From Selaginella moellendorffii (Eukaryota; Plantae; Lycopodiophyta): a stretch of DNA of 64,000 bases. A program made the position numbers and the translations under genes. Location of the stretch: contig NW_003314301.1 of the NCBI RefSeq assembly GCF_000143415.4, positions 855,020 to 919,019 of the forward strand. The letters are read 5' to 3'. Under the pieces are notes generated by a model. That model saw only the letters and a list, made by a program, of their open reading frames with translations, was not told the DNA's origin and did no database searches. This document shows, in pieces, positions 35,560 through 48,636 of the stretch; within the stretch, counting starts at the first letter, position 1; each line of letters begins with the position of its first letter.

Positions 35560-36880
35560 TGGGAACGAGTAGTCAGTAACATCTTCTACTTACAACATGG
35601 TAGGAGGTGCTGGAAAAACACTCCTGACAATGACCAAGTCAAGGTGCATTTCGATCCAGTTTTGTGGCTAACCATTCCTAAGATTATCACAACTGCATGC
35701 AACATGGTTTGTATTTCCTCTGATGGAAGCAAAGCAACACGAGCTTGCCAAACTAATCAGACTAGAAGGTCGGACCAGCAATGAAACGGGGCTTGCAGGG
35801 AAAAGGTGCTTGCTGGTGTTGGATAATGTCTGGAAATCCGGTCTGTTTGGTGTGGTGGAAGAGACTGGAAGCAAGATCTTTATTACCAGCCGAAAAATTG
35901 ATGTGCTTGGCAGCAGAGGTGCAATCAAAACAGAGATGGGGCTCTTGGGAAAAGTTGTTCACAGTCCACGCATTCCCAAACCAGAAACTTGCTAGTTCAA
36001 GTAAGGTAGTAGTGGAGTGAGTTGTGGGCAAGTGTGCTGCTCCTGAAGGTAATTGGCAGAAGAATGGCAGGCACACAAGATTGGGACTATGTTCTAAGCA
36101 AACTGTAAAAATCTGGCTTGTTAAGTCGCCTTGGACGTCGCACTTGAACGTCATGCACTTATCACTGAAGAAAAAGAGCTCTTCCTTTACACACCCTGGA
36201 ACAAATGCCCCTTGGAAGGGTTACCTCAAGGCTGAAAGGTCTCATTCCAGGGAATGCCTTCAGTAACTACAACAAGATTTCACTCGTTGGGTGTAGAATT
36301 TCTGAAAATACCCCCCTACCTATGCAGAACAAGGTCAGAGTTTCAAGCACCACTTGCTTGCTCCCGGATTATAATCCCCATTGCACTCTAACTACATTAC
36401 GGTTTTGTGCCTAAGTAACCCTGGGGTGGTAAGTTTGCCACATAGCATTAGAGAGCTCAAAACTCTAAAGACTATGGATTTGACTTGGAACATAATACTC
36501 CAATTCTCCAATGTTTCCCATGCTGACATTGTCAAACCTCTCCCTTGGGAATTGTGAAAAATTGATTGGGGTTCCTTGAAATCTCCTCTTCTGCATCTTG
36601 TTCCTTCCAAATCTAAAGACAATTTGCATAGGTTACTGTGACGGAGTGACCACCCTCAACATATACGAGTGCATTAGAGACGTGTTGAAGTCGTGAATTT
36701 TGGTTCAGTGGCGAGTTCCCCTTAAACAAACATTGCGTTATTCACCAGCTTCCAAAATGGTACACATCATTCACGAGCTCTGGAATTGAGTTATCCAAAA
36801 CTTTCCTTCAGTTGACTCCCCGTATGTTTGACTGTTTGTTGAACTTTGAAAATGTTTTCATGTCTAAAAGATTTGGAATA
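35560..36880 (+). pseudogene. Degenerate NB-ARC-LRR paralogue (duplicate of 7965-9240)
   Basis: GGAGKT remnant, KRCLLVLDNVWK, GSKIFITSRK, frameshifts. Confidence 0.9.
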
Positions 36881-36898
36881 TTGGCGCCACATCTCAGA

Positions 36899-38380
36899 CT
36901 AACGAAGCTTGGGAACAACGGGAAGTCCATCTTTCATGATCAGCGTCATGTTGATACCGTAGCAAGGCTCTTCTTTTCCCACCACCACAAGCTCAAACTT
37001 TGGTACCAGAGCCGCCACCACATACTTCATCTGTAGCATGGCCATCTCTTTGCCCAGACACACTCTCGGCCCGGCCTGAAACACCGGAAACTTGAATGGA
37101 CTCACCTCGACGAACTGGCCATCCTGGATCCATCTCTCGGGCTTAAACTCGAGGCAGTCCTTCCCCCACAAGCTCTCCATCCTTCCCATAGCGTAGACGT
37201 GATACGATACCTTCATCCCCTTCTCCACACAATTACCATCCGGGAGAACGTCCGAGTTCTTCACGACCTTTGTGTCAATCGGTACTGGGGGATAGAGCCT
37301 CATTGATTCGCACAGAGCTGCTTGCAAGTAGACCATGTCCCGAAGCTCTTTGTAAGTGAATGGCCTGTTTGACCCTTTCGTACTCCCGACTTCCCTGATG
37401 ATTTCCTGCTGAACACCTGGATGATTCGAGAGCAGCCAGAAGAACCACGAGAGTGACACCGCTATTGTGTCCTTGCCGGCGAGCACGAAACTTATGATGA
37501 TATCCCGCAAAAACTCGTCAGAGAAGCTCGTCGAGTCGAGTCCAATGAACCTCGAGAGCAAGTCCTGGTTGACCCTTCCTTTTTCTTCTCGCCGCTTCTG
37601 GACCACTGACACTGCAAACTCGTTCACCACATCCAGCACCTCCTTGAGTTCTCTTTCCGGTCCAACGTTGAGAGCTCGCATTAATTTCCACACCAGAGGA
37701 TGGATCTTTTGGAACCGCAGCGTGCTAAGCGTCGTTGCCTTGTCAAATGCCTGCGCGAACTTCACCTCCGGAAACGATGGATCCAAGCACGCCGGATCAA
37801 CACCGAAAGAGAGCTTGCAAATGTTGTCGAAGTTAAACCTCATGAACAAGTCCTGTAAGTCGATCTCCTTCCCGTCCCGGGAAACACTGGCAAGAGTTGG
37901 AAGTAACCGGCTGTGAACTTCGTCCGCCAGGGAATCCATGAGGAACTCCCTCAGTGACCTCGTTGTGAACTCGAAGCTCGCAAGTCTCCTCTGAATCTTC
38001 CACAGCTCCCCGTCGACATTGAAAATACCATCTCCCAGCAAGTCGGTCAGGCTCTGCCTCAGGTGTTCTCCCTTGGGATAATTCTCAAAGTTGGTCTTCA
38101 AGATGTGCTCCACAGTTGCGGGATTGCCAGTGATTTTGAAAGTGCTGCCAAACCTCCCAGTGGTGAAAGTATTGGAGGGAGAGTTGATCACATACTCTGT
38201 CGACCACTCCAGAAACCTGTGGCTGTTGCGAAGGAAGTCGAACACATTCCCAACCACTGGATAAAGTACTGGACCGCCTGTTCGTTGCGAGTCGGCTCTT
38301 GATTGAATCGTCCTCCGGACTATCCAGCCCACCGCTGCCGCAAGAACAAAGCTCAAGCTCCACAACATACCTTGGTTCAT
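36899..38380 (-). CDS. CYP94-like cytochrome P450, copy 2, 493 aa
   Basis: Near-identical to 9255-10742. I-helix AGKDTI, haem motif intact. Confidence 0.95.
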   Translation of the reverse strand: MNQGMLWSLSFVLAAAVGWIVRRTIQSRADSQRTGGPVLYPVVGNVFDFLRNSHRFLEWSTEYVINSPSNTFTTGRFGSTFKITGNPATVEHILKTNFENYPKGEHLRQSLTDLLGDGIFNVDGELWKIQRRLASFEFTTRSLREFLMDSLADEVHSRLLPTLASVSRDGKEIDLQDLFMRFNFDNICKLSFGVDPACLDPSFPEVKFAQAFDKATTLSTLRFQKIHPLVWKLMRALNVGPERELKEVLDVVNEFAVSVVQKRREEKGRVNQDLLSRFIGLDSTSFSDEFLRDIIISFVLAGKDTIAVSLSWFFWLLSNHPGVQQEIIREVGSTKGSNRPFTYKELRDMVYLQAALCESMRLYPPVPIDTKVVKNSDVLPDGNCVEKGMKVSYHVYAMGRMESLWGKDCLEFKPERWIQDGQFVEVSPFKFPVFQAGPRVCLGKEMAMLQMKYVVAALVPKFELVVVGKEEPCYGINMTLIMKDGLPVVPKLR

Positions 38381-39056
38381 GCTGAAAGCCCAGAAAAAGA
38401 GTGACGCATGTCAGTCGCCCTGACCAGTTGAAAACCCAAGTCACAAGGGAAGAAAAGCCAGCCAAAGAAAAAGATTCGAAGAAGCTACTTTGCCATACGA
38501 TAAGAGACACGGCAGTCATTTGAGACGGTGCGTACCAGTGGATCTGAAAGTCACCAAGTCAAGTCATTACAAAAGAAATCTAGATTTCTAGTACCTTGCT
38601 GAAGTTTGGAATGACCCATGTTTTCTGTTGAGAGCTCTTCTATTTCCTCCACCCGAAATTCAATTTTGGTACCGGAGTTGCTTCATCGTCTTGACTCTCG
38701 GCTCAGCCAGAAACACTAGAAACTTGAATGGACTCGCACTGATCCATCTCTCGGCCTTAAACTCGAGGCATTTCTTATCTTCTCCATCCGGACGACTGTA
38801 GTATCATATGGGAGGATACAGCCTCACAAAGCTGCTTGCGAGTAGAGCTCGTCGTAAGAGAATTTACCTTCGCCAGTATACTCTGATAATTTCTCACGGG
38901 TTGAAAGCACCCAGAAGAACCAGGAGCAGTTGTGTCCTTCCCGGCCAGCAAGAACTGATGACGATTAACTCGAGTTTTGTCAGAGGTTCTATGTTCTATT
39001 TACTGAAAGAGCAAGTCGTTCAAATCAAGGAGTGAATTCTTAGAAACTGGAGTTGC

Positions 39057-40254
39057 TTACGTATGGTCAGGCTTCATGAACTTTGCGTGAACCCAGACTC
39101 GCTTCATAGGAACTTTAGTTTTGTGATTCACCAGCTTAATGCAGCAGTACTCCAGTTCAACCTGGAAAAAGAACAGACAGAATAAAAATAACAAGGAAAC
39201 AAGCCTCGTTTTACCTCGAGCAGTCCAGCACCCGTAAAGAGATCACGCACGGCTTCGCATGAGAAGAAATACGACAAGGTACCATCGAAACGGCGATAGC
39301 AATTAGCAGCTACTTTTTGGTCTGCTGGAAATCTCAACATCGTCATGTCATACAAGCCTGTAGGCTTGCCACCGTGAGTCTTACTATTTCACGGAGAAAT
39401 AGCATACCATAATCTCGAAAGAGAAGCATTCCACCGGGTCGGAGTACAGAGCAACATTCCTTGAGAAGGTTGCTCATTTGATCCAGATCTGCCAGCGCGG
39501 AAAGAGAGAAAATCTGAAAAGACAAATCAGTTTTAATTGCAAGACAATTTCAGGCTTACCAGCGTGATGAAATCTGCTCCTCCTTCGCAGCAGCTTACAA
39601 GGGAGCTCTTGATACCAAAGTCGGAGGCTCGACAGGCGTCACAAGCCAGCCACGCCGGAAGTGCCTCGCAGGAAGGATCGCAAACAAAAGTCCAAAGCCT
39701 CGACTTTGCTTGCTCATTCAAAGCTTTCTCTCCCATTTTGTTTGTGAGGCTCACGGCAGCCTCACTGAGGTCGCAAGCATACACTCTCGCGGTTGTTGTT
39801 GCTCTAGAACAAAATACGTCCTTCAGTAAGAGGGAATAGCAAACAACAACAAACCTCAGGATCGGAATGGCCGAACTTCCAGCTCCACATCCAACCTCCA
39901 GAACAGTGAACTCTTGATTAGATCTTCCAAGCTCAGGGAACTCTTTGAGAAGATACCTACGTTCCTGCAATGTGGAAAGCCCGTAAGGCAACAGTGCAGT
40001 GCTGATGCTTACTTTAAAGAAGATGCCTTGAGAGTGTCGGCTGTGAAACTTCTCCCATGCCAAGGCTGCAGTACAGGCATGCTCGCTAGAAATTGCCTTC
40101 TCTTCTACGCGAGCCAAATCCTAGTCAAAGAGAACAAGCCATTGATCAGTAAAAGGAAACAATATAATGTAAGCCCAACCTGTGCGCTCTCCACCTCTTC
40201 GCGCAGATCATTCCAATCAAAATCCTTGGAGTAGTACGCGACTTCTTCTTCCAT
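39057..40254 (-). CDS. METTL6/METTL2-like tRNA m3C methyltransferase, multi-exon, apparently intact
   Basis: WEKFHSRH..FFK|ERRYLLKEFPEL, VLEVGCGAG, LRPGGMLLFRDYG|LYDMTMLRF, RVWVHAKF. Confidence 0.85.
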
Positions 40255-40327
40255 GAGACCTAAAACGAGAGGCCAAATAAGAGTTGAATTCAACCGTTAG
40301 TTAATGTTACAAAAAATATAGTTTTAG

Positions 40328-41980
40328 TCAATCGCTCCAATTGTCCTCGTCGGCTTGCACTTGAGCCGCAATAGTCCCAAGAGCTTCGTCCTGAAAGAAA
40401 AAATCGCATCGATATCTCCTGTTTTTCACCACAAAGATGCCGTGCTCACCTCGGAAACCGACTGTTCTGGAGACCAAACGAGTATTCTACGATCATTGCT
40501 TCCGCTGTAGAGTTCCTGGGAGAAACAAAAGTATAGCTTCTCGAGGAAACAGAGAAACGATATCATACCTGTGATTGACTGTGATAAGCACAGCACTTTA
40601 CAAGTTCATAGTGTCCTTTTAAGGTGGAAAGCAAGCGACCGCTCAACATATCGTACACCTGAAAATAGAGAATTATTCCGAATAGAGGGATAGGATACGT
40701 CGTACCTGTATCGAGGTTAGACATGGAACGAACACCAGTGGCTTGTCTCCAGAGACCTCAAGTTCGCACGTCAGGTTTCCATTTATGTTTGTTGCCTCGT
40801 AATTCACAAGAGTATTGCAGCCCCTTTCTATGTCCCATAGCTTGACTCTGGAATCACTGCCTGGCACATTGTGTTCTTATGATTTTCGAAAGTAAAGAAA
40901 CAAAACAAACGAAGCCGTACCCGCACTAAGAAGGTAGTGTCCGTCGCGGCTTGTCTGGAGCGATGTCACTGTGCCATAGTGCGCCGTGGAACGGTCCAGA
41001 GCCGAAGTCAAGCCTGGATGAACTCGTCCAGGAGTGGCATCCTTAGAAGTTTTCGCTGCTCTACTGATTTCAGTGGCTTCAAAAAGTAGACAAAACAAAA
41101 GAGAACGAGAAGGAAACAATTACCTTCCTGAGAAGCAGAAGAACGATGCTGGTCAAGAACATAGAAGCAACCCGCACGTCTTATGTCCCACAACCGGATC
41201 GCACCGTCACAACCTCCGGAAATTAAAATCCATTCGGAAGATGCAGACCATTTCACCGCCCAAACAGCATCTGCAAGTACAGGAAAGGTTTTGCAGGGAC
41301 AAACACAATCTCGAATACCTCGGTGAGCGCTAAGGGTGTGGGTGAAAGCACCAGAAGATATATCGCAAAGCCTTATGCGATAGTCCTCCGTGCCTGTAGC
41401 TATAAGCATGTGAGTCGTAGAAACGGGTGACATGCTTACACCGAAAACCTTCCCTGGCATTTTGAATTGCATCAGCACCTACAAAAGAACGATTCAGTGA
41501 ATCAGAAACCAACAAAGAAAAGGTCTCCAACCTCGAGAGTGTTTGCATCCCAAACATTTATATGCTTGTCGAACGAGCCAGAGATAAAAATTCCAGTGTC
41601 CACTGGATACCATCGAACTGATGAAACGGAGTACCTATGGGCTTTGTCAATAGAAAAGAGAGCTTCGTGCTTTTGAGAGTAATGCTCCACCGTCGTTGGC
41701 TGTGATATGTCATAGACACTGATCGATCCATTTCCATTGCCAGCAAGCATATATCTAGCTTCCACGGGATCAATCTAGCACAAGATTTACACAGTAATTT
41801 TCAAACTGAAAATGAAAGAACCGATCCAAATACCTGCAAGCTGTTCACAGCGCCTCTGCCAGACGAAATCACATCCTTGGTCTTGCACAGCTCCAATGCG
41901 TGAGATCTCATCCGGCGAACAGAAGCAGCGTAGCGCCATGGCGGTGCCCCGAGCTCGCGCTCTCGAAGACCACTCCACAT
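40328..41980 (-). CDS. CSA: CSA/ERCC8-like WD40 DNA repair protein, multi-exon
   Basis: HRYSVSSVRWYPVDTGIFISGSFD, IRLCDISSGAFTHTLSAHR, IRLWDIRRAG, C-terminal DEDNWSD. Confidence 0.88.
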
Positions 41981-42105
41981 TGGCGCCACACCATAAACCC
42001 TAAAAGAAATTACGTGTTTTAAGACTTTTAAAATACAAATATAAAACAGCTTTCCACGTGGCACAGTACCTGCCAGGTGGCATTCTGCGTGGTCCTGACG
42101 TGGCA

Positions 42106-42704
42106 CTATTGCAAGGTCTTGACGTAGTGATCCAATGCCATGTTAAACAATTCGCATCTGGAAGAACGATTGAGACGACCACAAGAGCGAGGGAGAAGAG
42201 ATTTGGATCGACCTGAAAGGCTGGCCGGGAGAGTAGAGAGGATTCTTCACGACGTACTCGACGTAGATGTTGCTATAGATGTGCATCAAAGCCTCGCGGA
42301 GATCTCCAATCCTGGGATCTGTCAAGAGAATGATCTGCGAGAAGAAGACAAACTAAGCCTGGAGCTACAAGCGCGCATTACCTTGATCCCAGACGCCGTC
42401 TCCATGAAATGTAGCTTGTAAGTGTTCGTCCGGAAGCTATAGAAGGAGCACGGCGGATTGTTCTCCTTCCCGGAGCTGAAAATCACCAAATTTTCACCAG
42501 ATCTAGCGAGAATCCCCCTCACCTCACTGGATCGATCTTGGCCGTGAAGGAATTGAGCGAGAAGAGCATTCCAAACATGAGCTTTTGATCCTGCTGGGGA
42601 CTCAGCGTCATCAGCGATCGCAGCCAGACGTGGTAGTGCAAGCACATGCCATTCCTGTTGAAAATGTAGAGGCATCGCATCCTCGGGGCCATGGCAAGCG
42701 CCAT
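42106..42704 (-). CDS. BET5: TRAPP subunit TRAPPC1/BET5
   Basis: LYIFNRNGMCLHY, KLMFGMLFSL, SFRTNTYKLHFMETASGIK, IYVEYVVKNPLY. Confidence 0.9.
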
Positions 42705-42808
42705 AGCGATCAAGAGCCCTAAATTTCGCTTTACTCTTCTCAAGAACCCTAAATATTGCGAAGAAAAAGAGAAGATTTTCCAGGTTAGGGTTTTCTATTT
42801 TGTCGACG

Positions 42809-43680
42809 ATGAATCACCTGGATCAGCCGAGAGTAGCCAAATTCCTTCGCGCCTACCTTCTAGCAAAGTATCTTCGCAATGACAATCTCCCCTGCGAGAT
42901 CGAGCAGGTACATTGTCTCTGGCGCTTCCTCTCACGGATTTCTTCTCTTAGGGGCTCTATCTCGGATCGATCGGCGCAGCGTTCCACAAAGCAGCACTCC
43001 AGAATGTGCAAATCACTCACATTCTAACCATTGCCAACGCTCTCGAGATGCCTTTCACCCGGGATTTCAAGTATAAGCGTGTAGAAGGTATGAAGTAAAA
43101 GTTCTTCTCATAGTTTGCTTTGTTCTAGACTTGTTCTTTGTTCTTGCTAAGACCGCGAGTTCTCGTCTATCTCTTGCTCGATCATGTTCTTTCTTCTTGC
43201 TAAGAATGCAAGTTCCTGTCATATCTCTAGATTTCTCAAGGTTATCCCATGGTTCTCTGTGTTCTATGTTCTTTGTATTGGTTTTCTTATGATCTTGCTT
43301 TGGTTTTCTTATGTTTTGCTCGTGTTCCTTGTTTTTCCAGTACTGGACAGTGCCGACTCCAACTTAGCAAGCCATTTTGACGATTGCTTCGCGTTTATAG
43401 ACGAAGCGAAAGCTTCCGGTGGAGCAGTTTTAGTACATTGTTTTGCCGGAAGATCTAGAAGGTTTGTAACTTTCGTTTTTTTCAGTCCAGGAAACTTACC
43501 CTTTTGTGCAGTGTCACAGTGATCGTGGCTTACCTCATGAAATCTCACAGATGGAACCTCTCGCGAGCGCTGGAGCTCGTCAAGAGCAAGCGTCCGGAAG
43601 CGTCGCCCAATCCCGGATTTGTTCTCCAGCTCCAGCGATTCGAGCAGCAGCTCCGCTTGCATCCAGGCACTAGCATTTAA
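42809..43680 (+). CDS. Dual-specificity phosphatase (DsPTP1/MKP2-like); an alternative last exon may end at ~43801
   Basis: GLYLGSIGAA, VLVHCFAGRSRS, AYLM, KRPEASPNPGFVLQL. Confidence 0.9.
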
Positions 43681-43972
43681 ATCTCTCCTCGCTCCTCCCC
43701 TTTTTCTCCTCGCAGTTCTCGGTGCTCCTGATCGAGTTTTTCTCGTTTTCCTTGGTTGCAGAAGCTCTTCGCGAGAGATGAAAGTATCTAAAGTTCCATA
43801 GAAAAGGACGATCCAAAGCTTTGTTCTACCACAAACACACAGACAATATAACAAAAGTTTTGATATTTAACACTCACCGCTTTGATTAGCTAGGGTTTTT
43901 CCGCGCGAAGGCCGCGAATCGATCGCTAGCAGCGATTTCTCCATCACCAGGGCTCCGGAATCGCGCAGCAGG

Positions 43973-46689
43973 ATGGACGATCGGCTCTTGTTTCACAGGG
44001 AGGATCTCGGCGATGGATTCCTGAGCGACATGGACGACGAAGTCGACATGGAGGAGATTCGGGAAGGGATGAAGCTTGTGCCGCTGCCCGATATGTATCC
44101 CGACATAGATCGAGAGGCCCCTTTCTCCTCCTTGGATGATATTTTGAGATTACAGGTTCGTTCTCTCCGTCTCTAGCTAATGTAGCTCACTCCAATCGCT
44201 CTCCAGGGCGCCGATGAACCATACAAATCCAACGAGGAAGATCAGTCCCATTCTGGCGAAGGTACTGTGATAGAAGATTTTTTTTTCTTGGTGCCTTGTT
44301 TTCGAAAGTTCATACACTGTGTCATATCTTCTTGTTTCTTTTTCGCTTTAAGTTCTTACATTCTCTAGACTTTTCTTTGGGCTGTCCGAGTTTCTTTTTG
44401 GATCGACCATTGGCATTGTTCTTCTTTCTTGTCGACGCTTAGCTAATTGTCTCAAGCTTCTTTTTTTTTGTTCTTTGGATCTTCGTAGCTGCGAAGAAAG
44501 CTGCCAAGGTTGCTGCTCCTCATGTTCTCACTGGTGGTGTAGTCGCGGAGAGTGGCCCTCCGCCAGACTTTAGCCTCTGGACCGTGGAAGATGATCTTCT
44601 TCTTAGAAACGCAATGGAGGTAAAGTGAGCTGCTCGCAGTTTCAGCATGAAACAAGCATGTCTTTACGTTGGGTTTCTTTCCATGTAGGCAGGCGCGGCC
44701 ATGGAAGCTCTTGCCAAAGGTGCCATGCGATTCTCACGTCGTTACACAGTTCGAGAGCTCCGGGAGCGATGGAGAGCTCTTCTTTACGATCCGGAGATCT
44801 CGTCCAAGGCGGCCATCCGGATGGTAGAGGCAGAAGCGTCGTTCTTGGAGTCCATGCGGCTCATGTTTCCCAACAAGCAAAAGCTCCAGGACTTCGTGCA
44901 CAAGCGGCGGCAGAAGAGCGTCCGTGATACTTTCTACAAGAGAAAGAGAGGCTTGGCAGATGACAAAGGCGTGCTTGATGGCGTCGCCGACGGTGGAAGC
45001 CAGATCAACCTTGGAGAGAACGACTTGGACATGCTAGTTGATCCGGACGATCACGCTTTCTCTCAGATGGTCGATCTTCTTGCTACCGGAGGGATTGGAG
45101 CTGTCATTGGAGCTTTCCCTGGTGAATCTGAACTGGAAACGCAGCAGGATGCCAAGGACGAAGTCTCGCTTGAGAGTTCACTCAGCCCCGTGATGCTAGC
45201 AGCCCCGGAAAAATCATCTCAAACGAAGCTTGACGAACCAAATGGAGCTGCCGAAAATGACGTGACTGGAGATGCCAAGAAAGAGCTTCATGCAACCATT
45301 TCGGGTGAACGCATGCCTTCGTCTTCCAACTTGGACGTCAATGGCAATCCCGAGCCATACGTCATACTTTCGTCAGACGAAGAGGAAGACGACTATTTCC
45401 GGAAGCCGAAGAAATCACGCACAGATTCAGTCGTCCAGGAGAAGTTCGTCTGCTCCTTCAACACACAAGAGACAGAGATATCGGCCTTTGGAGCTATGTC
45501 CTCCCCTTCTTCCGAGCGCGTGCCTAGCTCACCGGAGGACGGCAGAGGCTGCACAAGTGATATGAGGTCTTCGGACTGTCTCGACAGAGCAGACGACGAG
45601 ACGGCTGAAACCAGTGAAAAGCCGATCATCGAAGGCGGCAGCTACACAAGTTTTGCCTCAGGTAAACAATCTCTGTGGGTTATTGAAATCCTTTTTTGGT
45701 TTTGTGTTGTTTTGTTTTGATTTTCTGCTTTGTTGTTTTCCCAGCAAACGTGAAGATAGAGCCCGGAACCGAGACGACAGGCGGGCTAGAAGCCGATTAC
45801 TCGGCTCCAAAGGCGGGGACTTGCACAGACAACGAACTGGAAGTCACGACGGGCATTCAAGAACTCCCTCCGGAAGTCGAAAGCGACAATGAAATCGCTC
45901 GTTTCTCGGATGTTGAGACCATGGTAATTTCTAACTTGCATTAGAACACTCACACATTCTTCGTTATCTGTTCTGCAGATACTAGACATGGACTTGGATC
46001 CAGGTGACAATGAACTCTCCGCAAGGGCAGGTAAAACTTTATCTGCAAGTACTTACATGGCTTGTGTGTGTATTACATAGAATCAAAGCGTTTCTATGGA
46101 CAACATCAAATGACCATTCTAAGGTTGGAGCAGAGTGTAAACGCCGTGATGCAACGGTACCTCACTCGTAAAGGCGCCATTGCCATGCTCTACGGATACC
46201 ACTTGAAGTATCTCATGGTGGCCAACGAGGTTTGCAAGAATGGCTGCTTTTCAGCTTCACGCTTGGCTCACACTTTGCATCCAAGGTTTCGATCGGTAGA
46301 CGGACGCAAGGAAACGTCGTTGATGTCGATCTCGCACAGGAGGGCCCAGCAAACAGAGTTTCCAGAAAGCAGGTTTGTAGTTTCCAAGTTTCTGTCGCAG
46401 CTCTCACCATGGCTTTATTTTCAGGCAAGCATCAAGCTAAACGAAGATGGGATGTTCCATCTGAAAAACCTGGGAAAGAAGGTGTTGTACGTGAACGATG
46501 TTCTAGTTTTCACTGGCCAACGCGCGATCCTAAGCTCTAGTTGCCTAATCGAGGTCCTAAAATTTACCATCTGCCTGGAATGTTTTTACCTTTGGTTTTT
46601 CACAGGTGGGCGGCATGAGACTGGTTTTCGAGATGAACAGGAGGCTAACTCATCAGCGTGTAAAAGAAATGACCCAAGAAAGCTCGTAA
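43973..46689 (+). CDS. MCRS1/microspherule-like FHA-domain protein
   Basis: EALAKGAMRFSRRYTVRELRERWRALLYD. C-terminal FHA: SIGRRT..VDVDL.QEGPANRVSRKQA, LKNLGK. Confidence 0.85.
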
Positions 46690-46724
46690 CAAAAGTAGAT
46701 TCGTTGGTAACTTGAATTAACTCA

Positions 46725-47115
46725 TCACCTAAAGGTGTATTTTTTTTCCTAGACAAAAATAAAATAAAATCGTGGAAAAATCTTTCAGGTTTACCTTTTT
46801 CGTTGAAAAAGGTAAGAAAGGTTTTCCTATTTTTCCTTTTGGCATTATATAATAGGAAAGGTTGGCCTGATTCCTGGAACGAGTGATGTAGTAGGACTCC
46901 GCCCTGGTGCCCTGCTGGACCACGAACCCTTCCTCCACCGGCAGGGCTCCATCGGGGCAGCGCTTCACCGCGAGGCGGAGATTGACGACCGGGAAGAGCT
47001 GATTGACGACGCGGCCCTGGTGCCGCGACATCTTGGCGCCCGGCGGGACCAAGATGGATACATCTTGATGATGCTGATCCTTATCACATCGATATTTATC
47101 TTGAGCTTTGCCCAT
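46725..47115 (-). CDS. Orphan ~114-aa protein, two exons (47115-46795, 46748-46725)
   Basis: GC-rich ORF with a phase-0 46-nt GTAAAC...TTTTTGTCTAG intron ending EKKYTFR*. Confidence 0.5.
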
Positions 47116-47175
47116 CGCCTCAGTAGCATAAGTAGGGGTATGAAGAGCGAAAGGATAGAAAAAGCATTGTGTGTA

Positions 47176-48515
47176 ATGGAGTGCTTTGGAGCTTACACCG
47201 TAGGAGCCGAGCTAGAGCGCGAGGCGTATTGGCCCCAAGCCAAGCTCCGGATTTCCATCTCCGGCGCTGGAGGATTCATCGCCTCGCACATAGCGCGGCG
47301 GCTCAAGGCGGAGGGACACTACGTGATCGCGTCCGACTGGAAGAAGAACGAGCACATGAGCGAGGACATGTTTTGCCACGAATTCCATCTCGTGGATCTG
47401 CGCGTCATGGAGAATTGCTTGGCGGTGACAAGGGGCGTGGATCACGTCTTCAATCTCGCGGCGGACATGGGCGGAATGGGATTCATCCAGTCCAATCACT
47501 CTGTGATTCTCTTCAACAACACCATGATCAGTTTCAACATGCTCGAGGCGTCCCGGATCAATGGAGTCAAGAGGTAGCCTGTGATGTTTCTAAGTTGTTC
47601 TTCCCAAGGATTTGGAGCTCACTCTCTCGCTTGGCTTCCAGATTTTTTTATGCGTCCAGTGCATGCATTTACCCCGAGTTTAAGCAGCTGGAGACTAACG
47701 TGAGTTTGAAGGAGTCAGATGCATGGCCAGCAGAAGTATGAAAAAGAAAAAAAAAAAAAAAACTTCTTCTCTTTTGTGGGGAATCTGAAAAAATTTGCAC
47801 TTTGCAGCCCCAAGATGCCTATGGACTGGAGAAGCTGTGCACTGAAGAGCTGTGCAAGCACTACACCAAGGATTTTGGGATCGAGTGCCGCATTGGACGA
47901 TTCCACAACATCTATGGGCCCTTTGGGACCTGGAAAGGTGAGTTCATAGATTGAGATCTTCTTCTTTCTTCTTTAGCCTGAGTGGGAGTAACTGAGATTG
48001 TTTCAAAACCAGGTGGACGAGAGAAGGCTCCGGCTGCGTTTTGTCGAAAGGCTCTGACCTCCACCGATTCGTTTGAGATGTGGGGCGATGGAATGCAGAC
48101 GCGATCCTTCACCTTCATCGACGAGTGCGTGGAGGGCGTCTTGCGACTCACAAAGTCCGATTTCCGGGAGCCGCTCAACATTGGAAGCGACGAGATGGTG
48201 AGCATGAACGAGATGGCGGAGATCATACTCGGATTTGAGAAGAAGCAAATCCCGATCCGCCATATACCTGGGCCGGAGGGAGTTCGCGGGAGAAACTCGG
48301 ATAACAGTTTGATCAAGGAGAAACTCGGATGGGCTCCCTCGATGCGATTGAAAGATGGGCTGCGGATCACTTACTCGTGGATTAAGGAGCAGCTTGACAA
48401 GGAAATTGGCGAGGGATCTCAAGACTTACTTGCGGGTTACAGCTCCTCCAAGGTTGTGGGAACTCAAGCTCCAGTCCAGCTTGGTTCTCTCAGGAAGGCC
48501 GACGGAAAGGAGTAA
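47176..48515 (+). CDS. GME: GDP-mannose 3,5-epimerase
   Basis: LEREAYWP..KLRISISGAGGFIASHIARRLK, FNLAADMGGMGFIQSNHS, GGREKAPAAFCRKA, VQLGSLRKADGKE. Confidence 0.97.
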
Positions 48516-48636
48516 ATCCATAACATTTTTGAATCTAAAAGAACGCAAAAATTTCAATGTAGTTTCGTTTTTTTAAATTGGAGGAATATTATTACCCTAA
48601 AGGTATATTCGTGAGGTTTAGGGCTTGCTTGTTTGG

